DNA of 38,735 bases from Candidatus Uhrbacteria bacterium (GTDB lineage Bacteria; Patescibacteriota; Patescibacteriia; UBA9934; GWF2-40-263), in NCBI GenBank assembly GCA_043805995.1, contig JAZDHJ010000064.1, positions 1-38,735 on the forward strand, written 5' to 3'. Positions 8,003 through 17,812 of this stretch are shown here, one piece after another. Within the stretch, counting starts at the first letter, position 1, and every line of letters starts with the position of its first letter. The notes under the pieces were generated by a model that did not search any database, was not told the origin of the DNA, and was given only the letters and a program-made list of their open reading frames with translations. The position numbers and the translations under genes were made by a program.

Positions 8003-9910
8003 CTATTTTATTAAATATTCGATAATTATAATATCACTATTGTTGGTATAAAACAAATTATCGGCCTCTTTACGAGCTCGCTCAACAAACCAATCGGCAT
8101 AAGGCCAATAACTCGAGACCAAAAAATAACCTTTTTTAACTCCAGCAAAATTCATCGCCGCTTCAATGGTCTCACGTTTTGGTTCCACATAAGCCATCTC
8201 AGAAAAATATCCGTACAGTTCCCCACCGGTCGGCAATGGATACCACAAAATCTCTCCCGACGAGGTCGACAAATAGTGGGCGAAACCAAATTCTTGCAAA
8301 GCCGCTGCAGAGGTCATTTGATTGGCCAGAACCAAATAATTTTCTCCAGCACTTCTCTCTTCGATAAACCGAACAGCCTCGACGTCGGCTGCACTGACGC
8401 TCGGTCCGGAAAAGACAACTTTCGGATTGTCTTGCGGGTAGCTCAAATACCAAGCCGTCGAAATCATTAATGAAAATATCAGGCTTAAAAAATAAAAAGT
8501 TGTTTTTTTACCAGAAAATAATTTATCTAAAACCAAAATCAAAATCGGCCAGCCGACAAAAGGTAGAAACTGCAAATAGCGCAAAGAAAATTCGTTTTGT
8601 TCGTAAGAAATGACGTCTTTGAAGACAAATAAGGTACTGGTAAAAAATATGGCGACTAGACTTCCGACAACAAATACAAACAACGGCCAAATTTTTCTCC
8701 TCAGCTCTTTTGATAAAAACACAAAACCACCGACAAAAGCCGAAACACTCAAAACGATCGGTAAATAAATTCGATATTTATAAAGAACCTGCCAAAACGA
8801 CGGAATCGGAAAATAATCGTGTTTGTAGGGATCTTGGAAAAGCCCGTAGAACAAATCTAGACGATGCCAAAAATCTAAGGAAGCGAAAGCCGGCAAACCG
8901 GCCAGGCTATTTTTTAAAGCAAATGAAGCTGGTAAGGACACAGCTAAAATTATCAAAAAAATCAAAGCCACTAAAACTTGAACTCGTCCGGATTTTAATT
9001 TTGTCCAAACCGCAATAAAAATCGTAAACAAAAACAGTGGCAGACCAAGCAGCGGATGAGTTACTAGGGACAAAACTCCCAGACCGAGCAAAGTAAAAAC
9101 GGCCTTTCGGTTTTCAAGAGCTACCGGCCACAAAAAAATTATCCACAAGCCGTAAAGAAAAACTAAATTGTGGGGTACGGTGAAAACCAGAGGTAAAAAT
9201 GGAATGATTAAAAAAGCCGGTAACCATTTTTTCGTCGCTTTCAAACCATAACCGTCACGCCAACCAACCAACATCACGGCCGGAAGACTGGCGGCTGATA
9301 AAACAGGCACCAACCACTTATCAATTGTCGAGACAGCCAATCCCGTCAAATAACTCAAAGCCGCAACCGTTACGTATTGACCGGTATAAAGCAGTTGCTT
9401 AGGTTCAATCTCACCAAGTTTGGACAAAACTGTTTCGGCCGCTCGGTGAATGAATGGATCGAAACCAAAACCGATTTTATAAACGATTGTCGCGATAGAA
9501 AAAGCAACAAAAAAGTGAACCGACAGAAGAAACAGATCTTCAAATTCATCCTCTTCCCGGCTAAATCGCAAAAACAGCAACCAAGTCACGGTCGCAAAAA
9601 TTACAAAAATTGCTGGACTCAAAACCAACCAAGGACTGGTTAACGGTTCGTCGGTTCGCGCCAAAATACACGATCTTAAAATTAAACCATCGCCAAACAA
9701 AATAAAAAAACCCGACCACCAACGCCAAAAACTTATTTTGCCCCAGTCAGATTTTTTAAAAACTGATTTCCTACAAGACAAATAAACCAAACCAACGGTC
9801 AAAATGATCGTCAAACCGATTATTAACCAATTAAGTTGCCAAACAAAATATCCGACCACCAAACAGAGGACAAAAAAAGACCAAAAATTTATTAAACGAA
9901 AAACCCACAT
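8003..9910 (-). CDS. Polytopic membrane protein, possibly GT-C-fold glycosyltransferase-like
   Basis: 635 aa with more than 12 hydrophobic segments, a first loop containing GFDPFIH, HP motif in a TM helix and a soluble C-terminal domain (SAADVEAVRFIEE); this architecture is typical of GT-C enzymes. Confidence 0.6.
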   Translation of the reverse strand: MWVFRLINFWSFFVLCLVVGYFVWQLNWLIIGLTIILTVGLVYLSCRKSVFKKSDWGKISFWRWWSGFFILFGDGLILRSCILARTDEPLTSPWLVLSPAIFVIFATVTWLLFLRFSREEDEFEDLFLLSVHFFVAFSIATIVYKIGFGFDPFIHRAAETVLSKLGEIEPKQLLYTGQYVTVAALSYLTGLAVSTIDKWLVPVLSAASLPAVMLVGWRDGYGLKATKKWLPAFLIIPFLPLVFTVPHNLVFLYGLWIIFLWPVALENRKAVFTLLGLGVLSLVTHPLLGLPLFLFTIFIAVWTKLKSGRVQVLVALIFLIILAVSLPASFALKNSLAGLPAFASLDFWHRLDLFYGLFQDPYKHDYFPIPSFWQVLYKYRIYLPIVLSVSAFVGGFVFLSKELRRKIWPLFVFVVGSLVAIFFTSTLFVFKDVISYEQNEFSLRYLQFLPFVGWPILILVLDKLFSGKKTTFYFLSLIFSLMISTAWYLSYPQDNPKVVFSGPSVSAADVEAVRFIEERSAGENYLVLANQMTSAAALQEFGFAHYLSTSSGEILWYPLPTGGELYGYFSEMAYVEPKRETIEAAMNFAGVKKGYFLVSSYWPYADWFVERARKEADNLFYTNNSDIIIIEYLIK

Positions 9911-9941
9911 AGCTCAAAAAACAAATTTGTTTTATAATGGA

Positions 9942-10065
9942 TAGGACTTTCTCATTTGAGTACAGAACGAGGAAAGACCTGAATTTTTTTGTGAAACGTA
10001 TCAACATACGTTGAACAAAAAAATTCAGGTTTTGACGAAGTTATGTGCCAAATGAGAGAGTCCTA
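9942..10065. mobile_element. 124-bp MITE-like hairpin element
   Basis: Terminal inverted repeat taggactttctcatttg / caaatgagagagtccta (16 of 17), perfect internal 16-bp IR acctgaatttttttgt 9977-9992 / 10015-10030, apical aacgtat-caac-atacgtt; begins and ends with TA. Confidence 0.75.
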
Positions 10066-10075
10066 AGACACTTTT

Positions 10076-11068
10076 ATGAACACACAAACATTATACATCA
10101 TCGCCATTCTAGCCGGCGTCGTCGGACTTCTGTTGCTAGCCAAACAATACAGCCGCAAGGCACCCAAACAATCCGGTGGCACTTTTACCACCGACATAAC
10201 CGAACTGGCTCGACTGGGCAAACTTGATGCTTTTGCCGGCCGCGAAGCTGAAGTGGAACGAACCATCCATATTCTACTCCGCAAAACCAAAAACAATCCA
10301 CTCCTAATCGGCGCGCCAGGCGTCGGTAAAACGGCCATCGTCCACGGGCTGGCTCAACTGATTGTGAGTGGCGATGTCCCTGAGTCAATTAAAAACAAAA
10401 AAGTTCTCTCGCTCGACCTAACCGCCCTCATGTCACAAACTAAATATCGCGGCGAACTGGAAACCAGACTTCGGACACTAATCGAGTCGCTCGAAAAACG
10501 GTCTCGCGAGGTCATTCTCTTCATCGACGAAGTTCACATGCTGGTCAGAGTTGGCAGCGCCGAAGGTTCGGTCAACCTGAGCGACGTCTTCAAACCAGCC
10601 ATGGCTCGTGGCGATCTGCAAGTGGTTGGAGCGACAACCTGGACGGAATATTCAGAATTTATCCGGCCCGACCAAGCTCTTGACCGTCGTTTCCAACCGG
10701 TTTTGGTCGACGAGCCAACACCTGAACAAGCCTTGGCCATTCTCACCACTCTCCGTCCGGAATACGAAAAATTTCACGGGGTAAAAATTACTGACAAAGC
10801 CTTAGAAGCGGCCGTCAAACTATCAGACAAACAAATCAAAGGCCGATATCTCCCAGACAAAGCCATCGACCTTATCGACGAAGCCTCGGCCAAAGTTTCC
10901 ATCGAGTCTTCTCGTTCCCATCACGCCACGGCCATGGGTGTAGTCCACACCGCCTCCAAAAACAAAAAACGCGGTACGGTTGATGCGACTGATATCAAAG
11001 ACGTGGTCGATCAATGGATAGTCCGTTCAAAGGACGAGAAAAATCGTGACGCCAGATTTGAATCATAG
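10076..11068 (+). CDS. Membrane-anchored Clp/Hsp100-type AAA+ ATPase (first AAA module only)
   Basis: 330 aa; N-terminal TM helix ([17 protein letters not shown]), [15 protein letters not shown] Walker A, LFIDEVH Walker [22 protein letters not shown]; no Clp N-domain and no second AAA module. Confidence 0.9.
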   Translation: MNTQTLYIIAILAGVVGLLLLAKQYSRKAPKQSGGTFTTDITELARLGKLDAFAGREAEVERTIHILLRKTKNNPLLIGAPGVGKTAIVHGLAQLIVSGDVPESIKNKKVLSLDLTALMSQTKYRGELETRLRTLIESLEKRSREVILFIDEVHMLVRVGSAEGSVNLSDVFKPAMARGDLQVVGATTWTEYSEFIRPDQALDRRFQPVLVDEPTPEQALAILTTLRPEYEKFHGVKITDKALEAAVKLSDKQIKGRYLPDKAIDLIDEASAKVSIESSRSHHATAMGVVHTASKNKKRGTVDATDIKDVVDQWIVRSKDEKNRDARFES

Positions 11069-11073
11069 AATTT

Positions 11074-11107
11074 AAAAAACAGCGACTGGTAAAAGTCGCT
11101 GTTTTTT
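11074..11107. terminator. Bidirectional intrinsic terminator
   Basis: aaaaaacagcgact-ggtaaa-agtcgctgtttttt perfect palindrome between convergent genes. Confidence 0.9.
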
Positions 11108-11114
11108 CTTTTTA

Positions 11115-12806
11115 CTAGTAAGTAATCGTACCGCCGTAGACTGGCAGACTATCGATATAAGTTCCATCCCCTACATCATTGACTCCACCTCGCCAGTAGA
11201 TCGTGAAAAGACCAAAGGCATCCATTTCTCCTTGTGACGGAAGATCAACTCTTATAGAATCGTCATTTACTGAACTCGCATTAATTGTATCAACATACAA
11301 AGCAAAAGTTTTTGTACTTCCAGCAGCAATTTCAACCGGAGACGACGCAGGTGAACCTATTTGCCAATAAACCATTGGCTCTTCTACTCCGTCTGCTGAT
11401 AATGCCGTACAGCTAGTACCATTAGCCAAATACCCGTTCACTTGTGACAAGGTATGGACCAGGGAAGTTGATAAATCATTAAGGTCGTACAATTCTATAC
11501 TTGGTAATTTTGAAGTATGACACCAGTTCCAGCCACTTCCGGCATTGTCTATTGTATTAAATTTAAAAGTAAATTCGTGCATGGTTACATCACCACGTGA
11601 ATCGGCTGCCACATTAAAACGTAAAACTTCGTTTAAACCAGGAATTCCGCTACCAGCCGGCGACCCGCTAGCCAAAGAAATTGTTGGTTTTGTTTCGTAA
11701 AGAACCATTTCGTTAGCATTAATTACTGGTGTGGCCAGATCACCTTCCTCGATAGATGCTCCGGAACTTAAACCGACGGCTTCAAAATCAGTATCAACAA
11801 AACTTAACTGAATTGTGTCACCAGAAGCGGCTCCAGTTGAGGAAACTTGGTTGGTGTCGATAGAAACCGAGATTGTTGATTGACTATTATTAGGAACATA
11901 ACAGTTCAAATTAGCAAACAAAGCCAAACCGTTTGAAAGATAACCAGAACTGACGGTAGTTGCTCCAGAAGCATCCACACAAGAAACCCGAACTACATCG
12001 GCCACCACATCATCGCCTGAATTGGCAATCATCAACCTATTAATTTCAAAAGCTTCATTGATAGCTGTAAAGTCCCAACTTCCAAGTAATACATTGCTTG
12101 ATGAACCGAGAATTATATTTGAAGCCGGAGAGGCTGGATTAAGTGAAGCGGCCATCGAACCACTATCCCCAACTGTAACCGCTACCAAACTACCATAAGG
12201 ATTTACTCCAGCATCGGCAGAGTTACCGATATCCAATCTTCTGCCAGTTAAAGCCGAGCCTGATGTTGTTTCGGCTGCGACATCGGTTTCCCAATTCATG
12301 TAAGCCGCAAAAGCATCATTGTTTGATCCTGAAGTTGCTGTGTTAGTAAAATTACAAGAAACTTTATAAGTTTTGGTTTTTCCTCGACCAACACCAATCG
12401 TAAAACCATCAAAAGTCAAAGTATCGGTATTATCAACCGCCTCTGGTCCGCTGGCCAATACACCGTTTGAATCAAACAACGAACAGGAAGAAATAAAATC
12501 CGTGGCCAACAAATCATTTTCCACCACAGCAAAACTAGCGTCATCGTCGCCAACCACATGGAACTTTAAAGAAGTCACCAAAACTGGACCACTAACCGCG
12601 GAAAGATTAATTCCTAACATGTCTACAGCGGTTGCGCCCCTAGAAACAGTCGAAGAAACTACAGAATTAGACAAACTAACGACTAATTTTGGTGGCAAAG
12701 CCGCCATGGTAATAGCCGCAGCCGCAGCCAAACCGGCCACCGCGAGCAAGGCCACACCGACCGCGGTCGAAGTTTTGGTCTTGGTTTTTACTTGATGTTT
12801 TGTCAT
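11115..12806 (-). CDS. Exported surface protein with tandem beta-sandwich-like modules (S-layer/adhesin-like)
   Basis: 563 aa; KTKTKTST leader plus hydrophobic helix; S/T/G/N/D-rich; about three modules of type 'L...SP.S.......V.L..F.F.A...V.I..L.F ... I..G.TKT..V..D'. Confidence 0.75.
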   Translation of the reverse strand: MTKHQVKTKTKTSTAVGVALLAVAGLAAAAAITMAALPPKLVVSLSNSVVSSTVSRGATAVDMLGINLSAVSGPVLVTSLKFHVVGDDDASFAVVENDLLATDFISSCSLFDSNGVLASGPEAVDNTDTLTFDGFTIGVGRGKTKTYKVSCNFTNTATSGSNNDAFAAYMNWETDVAAETTSGSALTGRRLDIGNSADAGVNPYGSLVAVTVGDSGSMAASLNPASPASNIILGSSSNVLLGSWDFTAINEAFEINRLMIANSGDDVVADVVRVSCVDASGATTVSSGYLSNGLALFANLNCYVPNNSQSTISVSIDTNQVSSTGAASGDTIQLSFVDTDFEAVGLSSGASIEEGDLATPVINANEMVLYETKPTISLASGSPAGSGIPGLNEVLRFNVAADSRGDVTMHEFTFKFNTIDNAGSGWNWCHTSKLPSIELYDLNDLSTSLVHTLSQVNGYLANGTSCTALSADGVEEPMVYWQIGSPASSPVEIAAGSTKTFALYVDTINASSVNDDSIRVDLPSQGEMDAFGLFTIYWRGGVNDVGDGTYIDSLPVYGGTITY

Positions 12807-12832
12807 ACCTTTGGAAATTAAAACGGAACGAA

Positions 12833-13138
12833 TTAAAGTTCGTCCGCGTCAACGATTTTTTTAGATTTTTTTTCAACTTTCTTTTCAATAACGTATTCGA
12901 CCAATTTTCGAATACCATCACCTAAAAAAGATAAGCCGACTGTAGCCTTTTCAAATTTACCACGTATGGCCGTAATCGCTTCCTCGATTTTTGCCATTTT
13001 TTCTCGGGCCTCGGTCATGGTGTCGTTAACATTCTTAAGGATCATGGCCACCTGCCAAATGAGCCAGCACATAAATGCTGTTATCCAAAGAGCACAAAAC
13101 GCCAAAACGATATATAAAATATCTTGTGATTGAAACAT
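12833..13138 (-). CDS. Small membrane protein with coiled coil (DUF948-like)
   Basis: 101 aa; TM helix then heptad pattern; GGAGG RBS upstream. Confidence 0.75.
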   Translation of the reverse strand: MFQSQDILYIVLAFCALWITAFMCWLIWQVAMILKNVNDTMTEAREKMAKIEEAITAIRGKFEKATVGLSFLGDGIRKLVEYVIEKKVEKKSKKIVDADEL

Positions 13139-13161
13139 ACCTCCTAGGGGTTAAAAATAAT

Positions 13162-15615
13162 TTATCTTATTATACCAGAAAATTCGTCGTTTATCACTGT
13201 GACTAACTTTTCCATCTCAACCCCAACTTCTTCGGAAGACAAAGTTCGATCAGTTGCCCGGAAAGTTAGGTGAATGGCCACTGACTTTTTATCTGGGTCG
13301 ATGCCCTTACCTTGATAAATGTCGAAGAGTTCGATGTTGTGAAGTAATTCAGAAACTTTTTGTAGAGATTTTTCTAGGACCGAGTATTCGGTGCTGCGAG
13401 CAACAATAAAAGCCAAATCGCGTTTTACATCAGGAAACTCAGGAATTTTTTCGTATTTTTTTTCTGGCACGGGCAAGGTGGCCAAATGAGTCAGATTGAT
13501 TTCGCCGACTGCGGTTCGCGAATCAAGACCCAAATCAGTCGCCACACCTGGATCAACTTCTGATAAGTAACCAACAATTTTATCGGCCACAAAAATCTCG
13601 GCCAAACGTGAAGGATGACCCCAGGCAAATTTTTCTTCTGGAGCTTTTAGTTCAAAATCATAACCCAATTCCTCGAGCAAACCACCGAGAGCTCGTTTAA
13701 CTTCACGAAATGGTTGACTGTCACCTTTCTTAGAAAAAGCCAAACCCAACCAATTATCCTGCCGAGGCAAAACCTTTCCCTCACCACTTTCCTCACCAGG
13801 CAACTCAGAGATGTAACGGCAACCGACTTCGAATAAACTCACCGTGTCAGAAAACTTTTGATTTTTTTCGACATTTTCCAAAAGATTGGTCGCTAAACAA
13901 CGACGGAGATAAGGCCGCTCTTTTGAGACTGGGTTGGCGAGCTCGATATAATCTTTCAGCTCTTCTTTCATTCGAAGCAAGGTCACCGGACTCACGAAAG
14001 AATAATTGTAGGTCTCGGTCGACAAGAAACGTTCAGCCAAAATGTGACGAACTTTTCTTGAGAGTTCGCGAACCGGATCTTTGATTGGCGAAACCACAGC
14101 GGCCGTTGGTAAAGAAGAAACAATTTTCTCGTAACCATAAACTCGCGCGATTTCTTCGATCAAATCTTCGGCAATAGAAATATCTTTGGTCGCCCGCCAG
14201 CTGGGAATTTTAACCAATAATTCATCCGCCTTCTCTTTCACTTCAAAACCCAAGCGCTCAAGAATACCAACAGCTTCTTTAAGATCAATTTCAAAACCTA
14301 ATTTGGAATTTAATTTTTTGATCGACAGAACGATTGGTCCTTGGTTCAATTCAAAATTACTGGCATCAACAATTGGCGAAACAATTTTCGCGCTCGGCAC
14401 CAATTCGAAAATCAATTCGAGAGTTCGAGCCAGGGCCAGCTCAGCCAAATTTGGATCCAAACTTTTTTCATAACGTAATGAAGCCTCAGTGCGCAAACCT
14501 AATTTTTGAGAAGTTTTTCTGATGCAAGCGGAATTAAAGTTTGCCGATTCCAAAAAGACAGTCGTGGTATTTTCATCGATCTCACTATTCTGTCCACCCA
14601 TAATCCCAGCCATAGTCACCGGCTTTTTTCCATCGCAAATCATGAGCACGTCCGAATTCAATTCGTGTTCCTGACCATCCAAAGTTTTAAATTTTTCTTT
14701 GTCAGTTGCTCGTTTAACAACAATCTCGACAGTTTTTTCTTTACGGCCAGAATTCTCTAACTTACTCGCATCAAAAGCATGAAGTGACTGGCCAATTTCG
14801 AGCATGACGTAATTTGTGACGTCGACCAAATTATTTATCGGACGCATACCAACGGCGAACAAACGTTTTTGCAACCAATCGGGTGATGGAGCGACTTTGA
14901 GACCATCGATGACCACACCCATATAGCGCGGACAGAGCTCGGGATCCTCGACATTTACCGAAAGAGAAAAACCTTTGCCACCAGACATTTTTTTGGGCAC
15001 AAATTCCGAAAACTTGGTCGAAAGTAAAGCTGAAATTTCTCGAGCCATGCCGTGATGACCAAAAAGATCCGGACGATTAGTCAAAGATTTATTGTCGACA
15101 TCAAAAATTGTGTCATCTAAATTCAGAGCTTCGGCCAAAGAGGTGCCCGGTTCAACCTCGAGATAACTCAAATCAACAATTTCTTTTTCACCTTCTTGAC
15201 CAGTTGCCAAACCGATCTCGTTGGCCGAACAAATCATACCGAATGAATCGACACCACGAAGTTTAGTCGGGGCGATTTCCACCAGTTCACCTTCACCATG
15301 CCATTTTACTTTGGCCCCGACGGTGGCGACGGCAACTTTCATACCATCAGATAAATTTGAACCACCACAAACGATTTGTACCGGAGCGTCATCGATCGTT
15401 CCGAGATTAACCTCGCAAACCCGAAGCTTATCCGCATTTGGATGCGGATTAACGCTCAAAATTTTTCCGACCACAATTTTTTCCAGTGGCCCGGCTTGTG
15501 AAACAATTTCTTCGACTTCAACCGTGCAAGCACTGATACGCTCGGCTAAATCTTGATCGGAAAGATTGGCTGGAATTTCCACGAAATCTTGTAACCATTT
15601 TTTTGAGAGTAACAT
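13162..15615 (-). CDS. pheT: Phenylalanine-tRNA ligase beta subunit
   Basis: HPNADKL, QIVCG, LRGVDSFGMICS, NRPD, DLIEEIARVYGY, C-terminal FDX-ACB. True start taken as MLLSKKWL at 15615; the 16-aa extension in the ORF track is translated repeat DNA. Confidence 0.97.
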   Translation of the reverse strand: MLLSKKWLQDFVEIPANLSDQDLAERISACTVEVEEIVSQAGPLEKIVVGKILSVNPHPNADKLRVCEVNLGTIDDAPVQIVCGGSNLSDGMKVAVATVGAKVKWHGEGELVEIAPTKLRGVDSFGMICSANEIGLATGQEGEKEIVDLSYLEVEPGTSLAEALNLDDTIFDVDNKSLTNRPDLFGHHGMAREISALLSTKFSEFVPKKMSGGKGFSLSVNVEDPELCPRYMGVVIDGLKVAPSPDWLQKRLFAVGMRPINNLVDVTNYVMLEIGQSLHAFDASKLENSGRKEKTVEIVVKRATDKEKFKTLDGQEHELNSDVLMICDGKKPVTMAGIMGGQNSEIDENTTTVFLESANFNSACIRKTSQKLGLRTEASLRYEKSLDPNLAELALARTLELIFELVPSAKIVSPIVDASNFELNQGPIVLSIKKLNSKLGFEIDLKEAVGILERLGFEVKEKADELLVKIPSWRATKDISIAEDLIEEIARVYGYEKIVSSLPTAAVVSPIKDPVRELSRKVRHILAERFLSTETYNYSFVSPVTLLRMKEELKDYIELANPVSKERPYLRRCLATNLLENVEKNQKFSDTVSLFEVGCRYISELPGEESGEGKVLPRQDNWLGLAFSKKGDSQPFREVKRALGGLLEELGYDFELKAPEEKFAWGHPSRLAEIFVADKIVGYLSEVDPGVATDLGLDSRTAVGEINLTHLATLPVPEKKYEKIPEFPDVKRDLAFIVARSTEYSVLEKSLQKVSELLHNIELFDIYQGKGIDPDKKSVAIHLTFRATDRTLSSEEVGVEMEKLVTVINDEFSGIIR

Positions 15616-15620
15616 ATTCT

Positions 15621-15833
15621 TCCCCCACCCCCACCGTCGCTCGAGGCGAGCTATGGTGGGCACAGCCAGCCTTCCTCCCCCGTATGTGGCATACGAGGGA
15701 GGGAGTATTACTGAAGATGGTTTTTTAATTTTAATTTATTTTTTTGGATAACGAGGCGAGATCCCTCTTTGACTCGGGATGACAGATTAAAAAGGATTCT
15801 CCCTCTCGGCGGGAGAGGGTTGGGGTGAGGGGA
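15621..15833. repeat. Composite cluster of palindromic (REP-like) elements from three families
   Basis: Family A copy 15621-15704 with nested family B (cccaccgtcgctcgaggcgagctatggtgggcac), family C 15749-15785, inverted family A 15797-15833 abutting the pheS stop. Confidence 0.8.
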
Positions 15834-16853
15834 TCAAAACTGCCTCAAAAACCTTTCATCTCCACCTTGCATCAACCGAGCATCGTCAATTGCATATTTC
15901 AACATGGCTAGGCGAGACAAACCGAAACCAAAAGCAAAACCTTGATATTTTTCCGGATCAACCCCGCCTTCTTTTAGAACTGTCGGATGGACCAAACCAG
16001 CACCGAGCACTTCCAGCCAACCGGTTTTTTTGCAAACTCGGCAACCTTGACCTTGGCAAAGAAAACAAGTCACTTCCCCGCGCATACCAGGCTCGACAAA
16101 CGGATAAAATTTTGGCCGAAGACGAGTTTTGGCTTCTGGTCCAAATAAATGTTTAGCCACTTCTTCGAGCACACCTTTCATGTGACCAAGATTAATCTCC
16201 TTATCAACCATTAAACCCTCAAGTTGATAAAAAGTGTGTTCGTGACGGGCATCGGTCGCCTCGTTACGGAAACAGCGACCTGGCACAATCACCCGAATCG
16301 GCGCGCCATATTTTTGCATGGCCCGAACTTGAACTGGCGAAGTTTGAGTGCGCATCACCTGATCTGGATAGTCTTTGATGTAAAACGAATCCTGCATGTC
16401 GCGGGCTGGATGAGTTGGCGGAATATTCAGCGCGGTAAAATTGTAAAAGTCACTTTCAAGTTCTGGTCCATCGAGAACCATAAAACCCATGGAAGCAAAC
16501 AGATCTTCAAGTTCCTCGGTGATTTGGGTTATCGGATGAAGATGACCACGACCTTCAGCCGGAAAAATTGGTTCGGTAACGTCGAGCCATTCGCCTTCAA
16601 AAACTTGAGAGACTCGACGAGCCGCTTCGGCCTTGGCAAAACCTGCTTCCATGCCTGACTTGATGACATTGGCAAACTTACCAATTTCCTTTCGTTCATC
16701 ATCAGCCAGCTCGGCCATTTCCTTCATAAGCAAAGCCAGGTGGCCCTTGCGCCCCAGAAATTTATTTTTGATTTCCTCCAAATCGACGCCGTCTTTAAGA
16801 TCAGCCAAGGTGGCCTCAAAAGTTTTTTTAAGTTCTTCAAATTTAGATTTCAT
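15834..16853 (-). CDS. pheS: Phenylalanine-tRNA ligase alpha subunit
   Basis: GHLHPI, NFTALNIP..HPARDMQD, RTQTSPVQ, FYQLEGL, YPFVEP, GFAFGFGL.RL. Confidence 0.98.
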   Translation of the reverse strand: MKSKFEELKKTFEATLADLKDGVDLEEIKNKFLGRKGHLALLMKEMAELADDERKEIGKFANVIKSGMEAGFAKAEAARRVSQVFEGEWLDVTEPIFPAEGRGHLHPITQITEELEDLFASMGFMVLDGPELESDFYNFTALNIPPTHPARDMQDSFYIKDYPDQVMRTQTSPVQVRAMQKYGAPIRVIVPGRCFRNEATDARHEHTFYQLEGLMVDKEINLGHMKGVLEEVAKHLFGPEAKTRLRPKFYPFVEPGMRGEVTCFLCQGQGCRVCKKTGWLEVLGAGLVHPTVLKEGGVDPEKYQGFAFGFGLSRLAMLKYAIDDARLMQGGDERFLRQF

Positions 16854-16858
16854 AGTTT

Positions 16859-17809
16859 TTATTCTTTATACACTCCACGCATATTTTCTGGTAATAATTC
16901 GGCAATTTTTCTCATCAAACCGTTAGTATCCTGGACTTCGGCCAAGGAAATAACCGAGCCAACGGAAGCGGTGTTTTTTGTAAGACCAACTGGCAAAAGA
17001 GGTAAGTCTTCACCGGTCACTCGTTTATATTCTCGAACGATTAATTCCCAACCACCATAAGCCTGACGTAAATTATCCCCTTCATAAGTAAACAAACCCT
17101 CAGGAAAAATTACCACCGGTTCGCCTTTTAGCAAAGCCGCTACTGCCGATCTAATAAATTCTCTATTAAAAGGCAAACTTTCTCTGGCTAAAACTTTTTC
17201 ATAACCCGCCCGGGAACGAGCCGGAACTCTTTCCAACAAATCTTTTTTGGCTTCATCGTCCAAATTAGACAACGATTCTTTTACCGGCAACATGCCTATT
17301 TTTTTTAATAATTTAGCTCTAAATTCTGATCGTTTAAAATTTAATTCTTCGCCGGCGGAAATATGAACTTTTTTATCACCAAATAGTGCCAAAATTTTTC
17401 CCGTTTCCCCACCGCGATGATTACAGACAATCAGGAAAGGACCTTCGGCTGGAATATTTTCTCGACCTTCAACCTCGAAGGAACCGATTTTTTCTTTCAT
17501 TCGAAAAAATAAATCGATGGCTTTGTTTATTAGAATTCCGCTTATGGCTGGCTGTTTTAAATATTCTGGTAAATACCTTTCTAAATATTTTTTCGTTTCT
17601 TCATTTCTTTTTAAGGTCATGGCGGTTCCAGTTGGTTCAGCCAAAGTCTGTGCGGTTTCCAAAGCTTCGACAACTTCACTTTCACCGAACGATTTAAGAG
17701 GCCTAGTTTCACGAGCTGTTTCTAATCTGTCAGCCACTACTTTCCTTTCTGGAACTTTCGCAACAACTTCTGGCCCTGGAATTTCAATTTTTTCATTTTC
17801 TCTTGGCAT
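16859..17809 (-). CDS. Lysophospholipid acyltransferase (PlsC/LPLAT superfamily)-like protein
   Basis: VEGRENIP..GPFLIVCNH block, L.KGEPVVIFPEG block, terminal PLLPVG; the HX4D aspartate is not conserved. Confidence 0.7.
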   Translation of the reverse strand: MPRENEKIEIPGPEVVAKVPERKVVADRLETARETRPLKSFGESEVVEALETAQTLAEPTGTAMTLKRNEETKKYLERYLPEYLKQPAISGILINKAIDLFFRMKEKIGSFEVEGRENIPAEGPFLIVCNHRGGETGKILALFGDKKVHISAGEELNFKRSEFRAKLLKKIGMLPVKESLSNLDDEAKKDLLERVPARSRAGYEKVLARESLPFNREFIRSAVAALLKGEPVVIFPEGLFTYEGDNLRQAYGGWELIVREYKRVTGEDLPLLPVGLTKNTASVGSVISLAEVQDTNGLMRKIAELLPENMRGVYKE

Positions 17810-17812
17810 ATT

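Noticed and set aside
15616-15663. N-terminal extensions of PheT (also RecG 35578-35589 and RseP 19145-19237)
   Set aside because: The PheT and RecG extensions are translated repeat DNA and the RseP one is upstream spacer; family-typical starts lie downstream.
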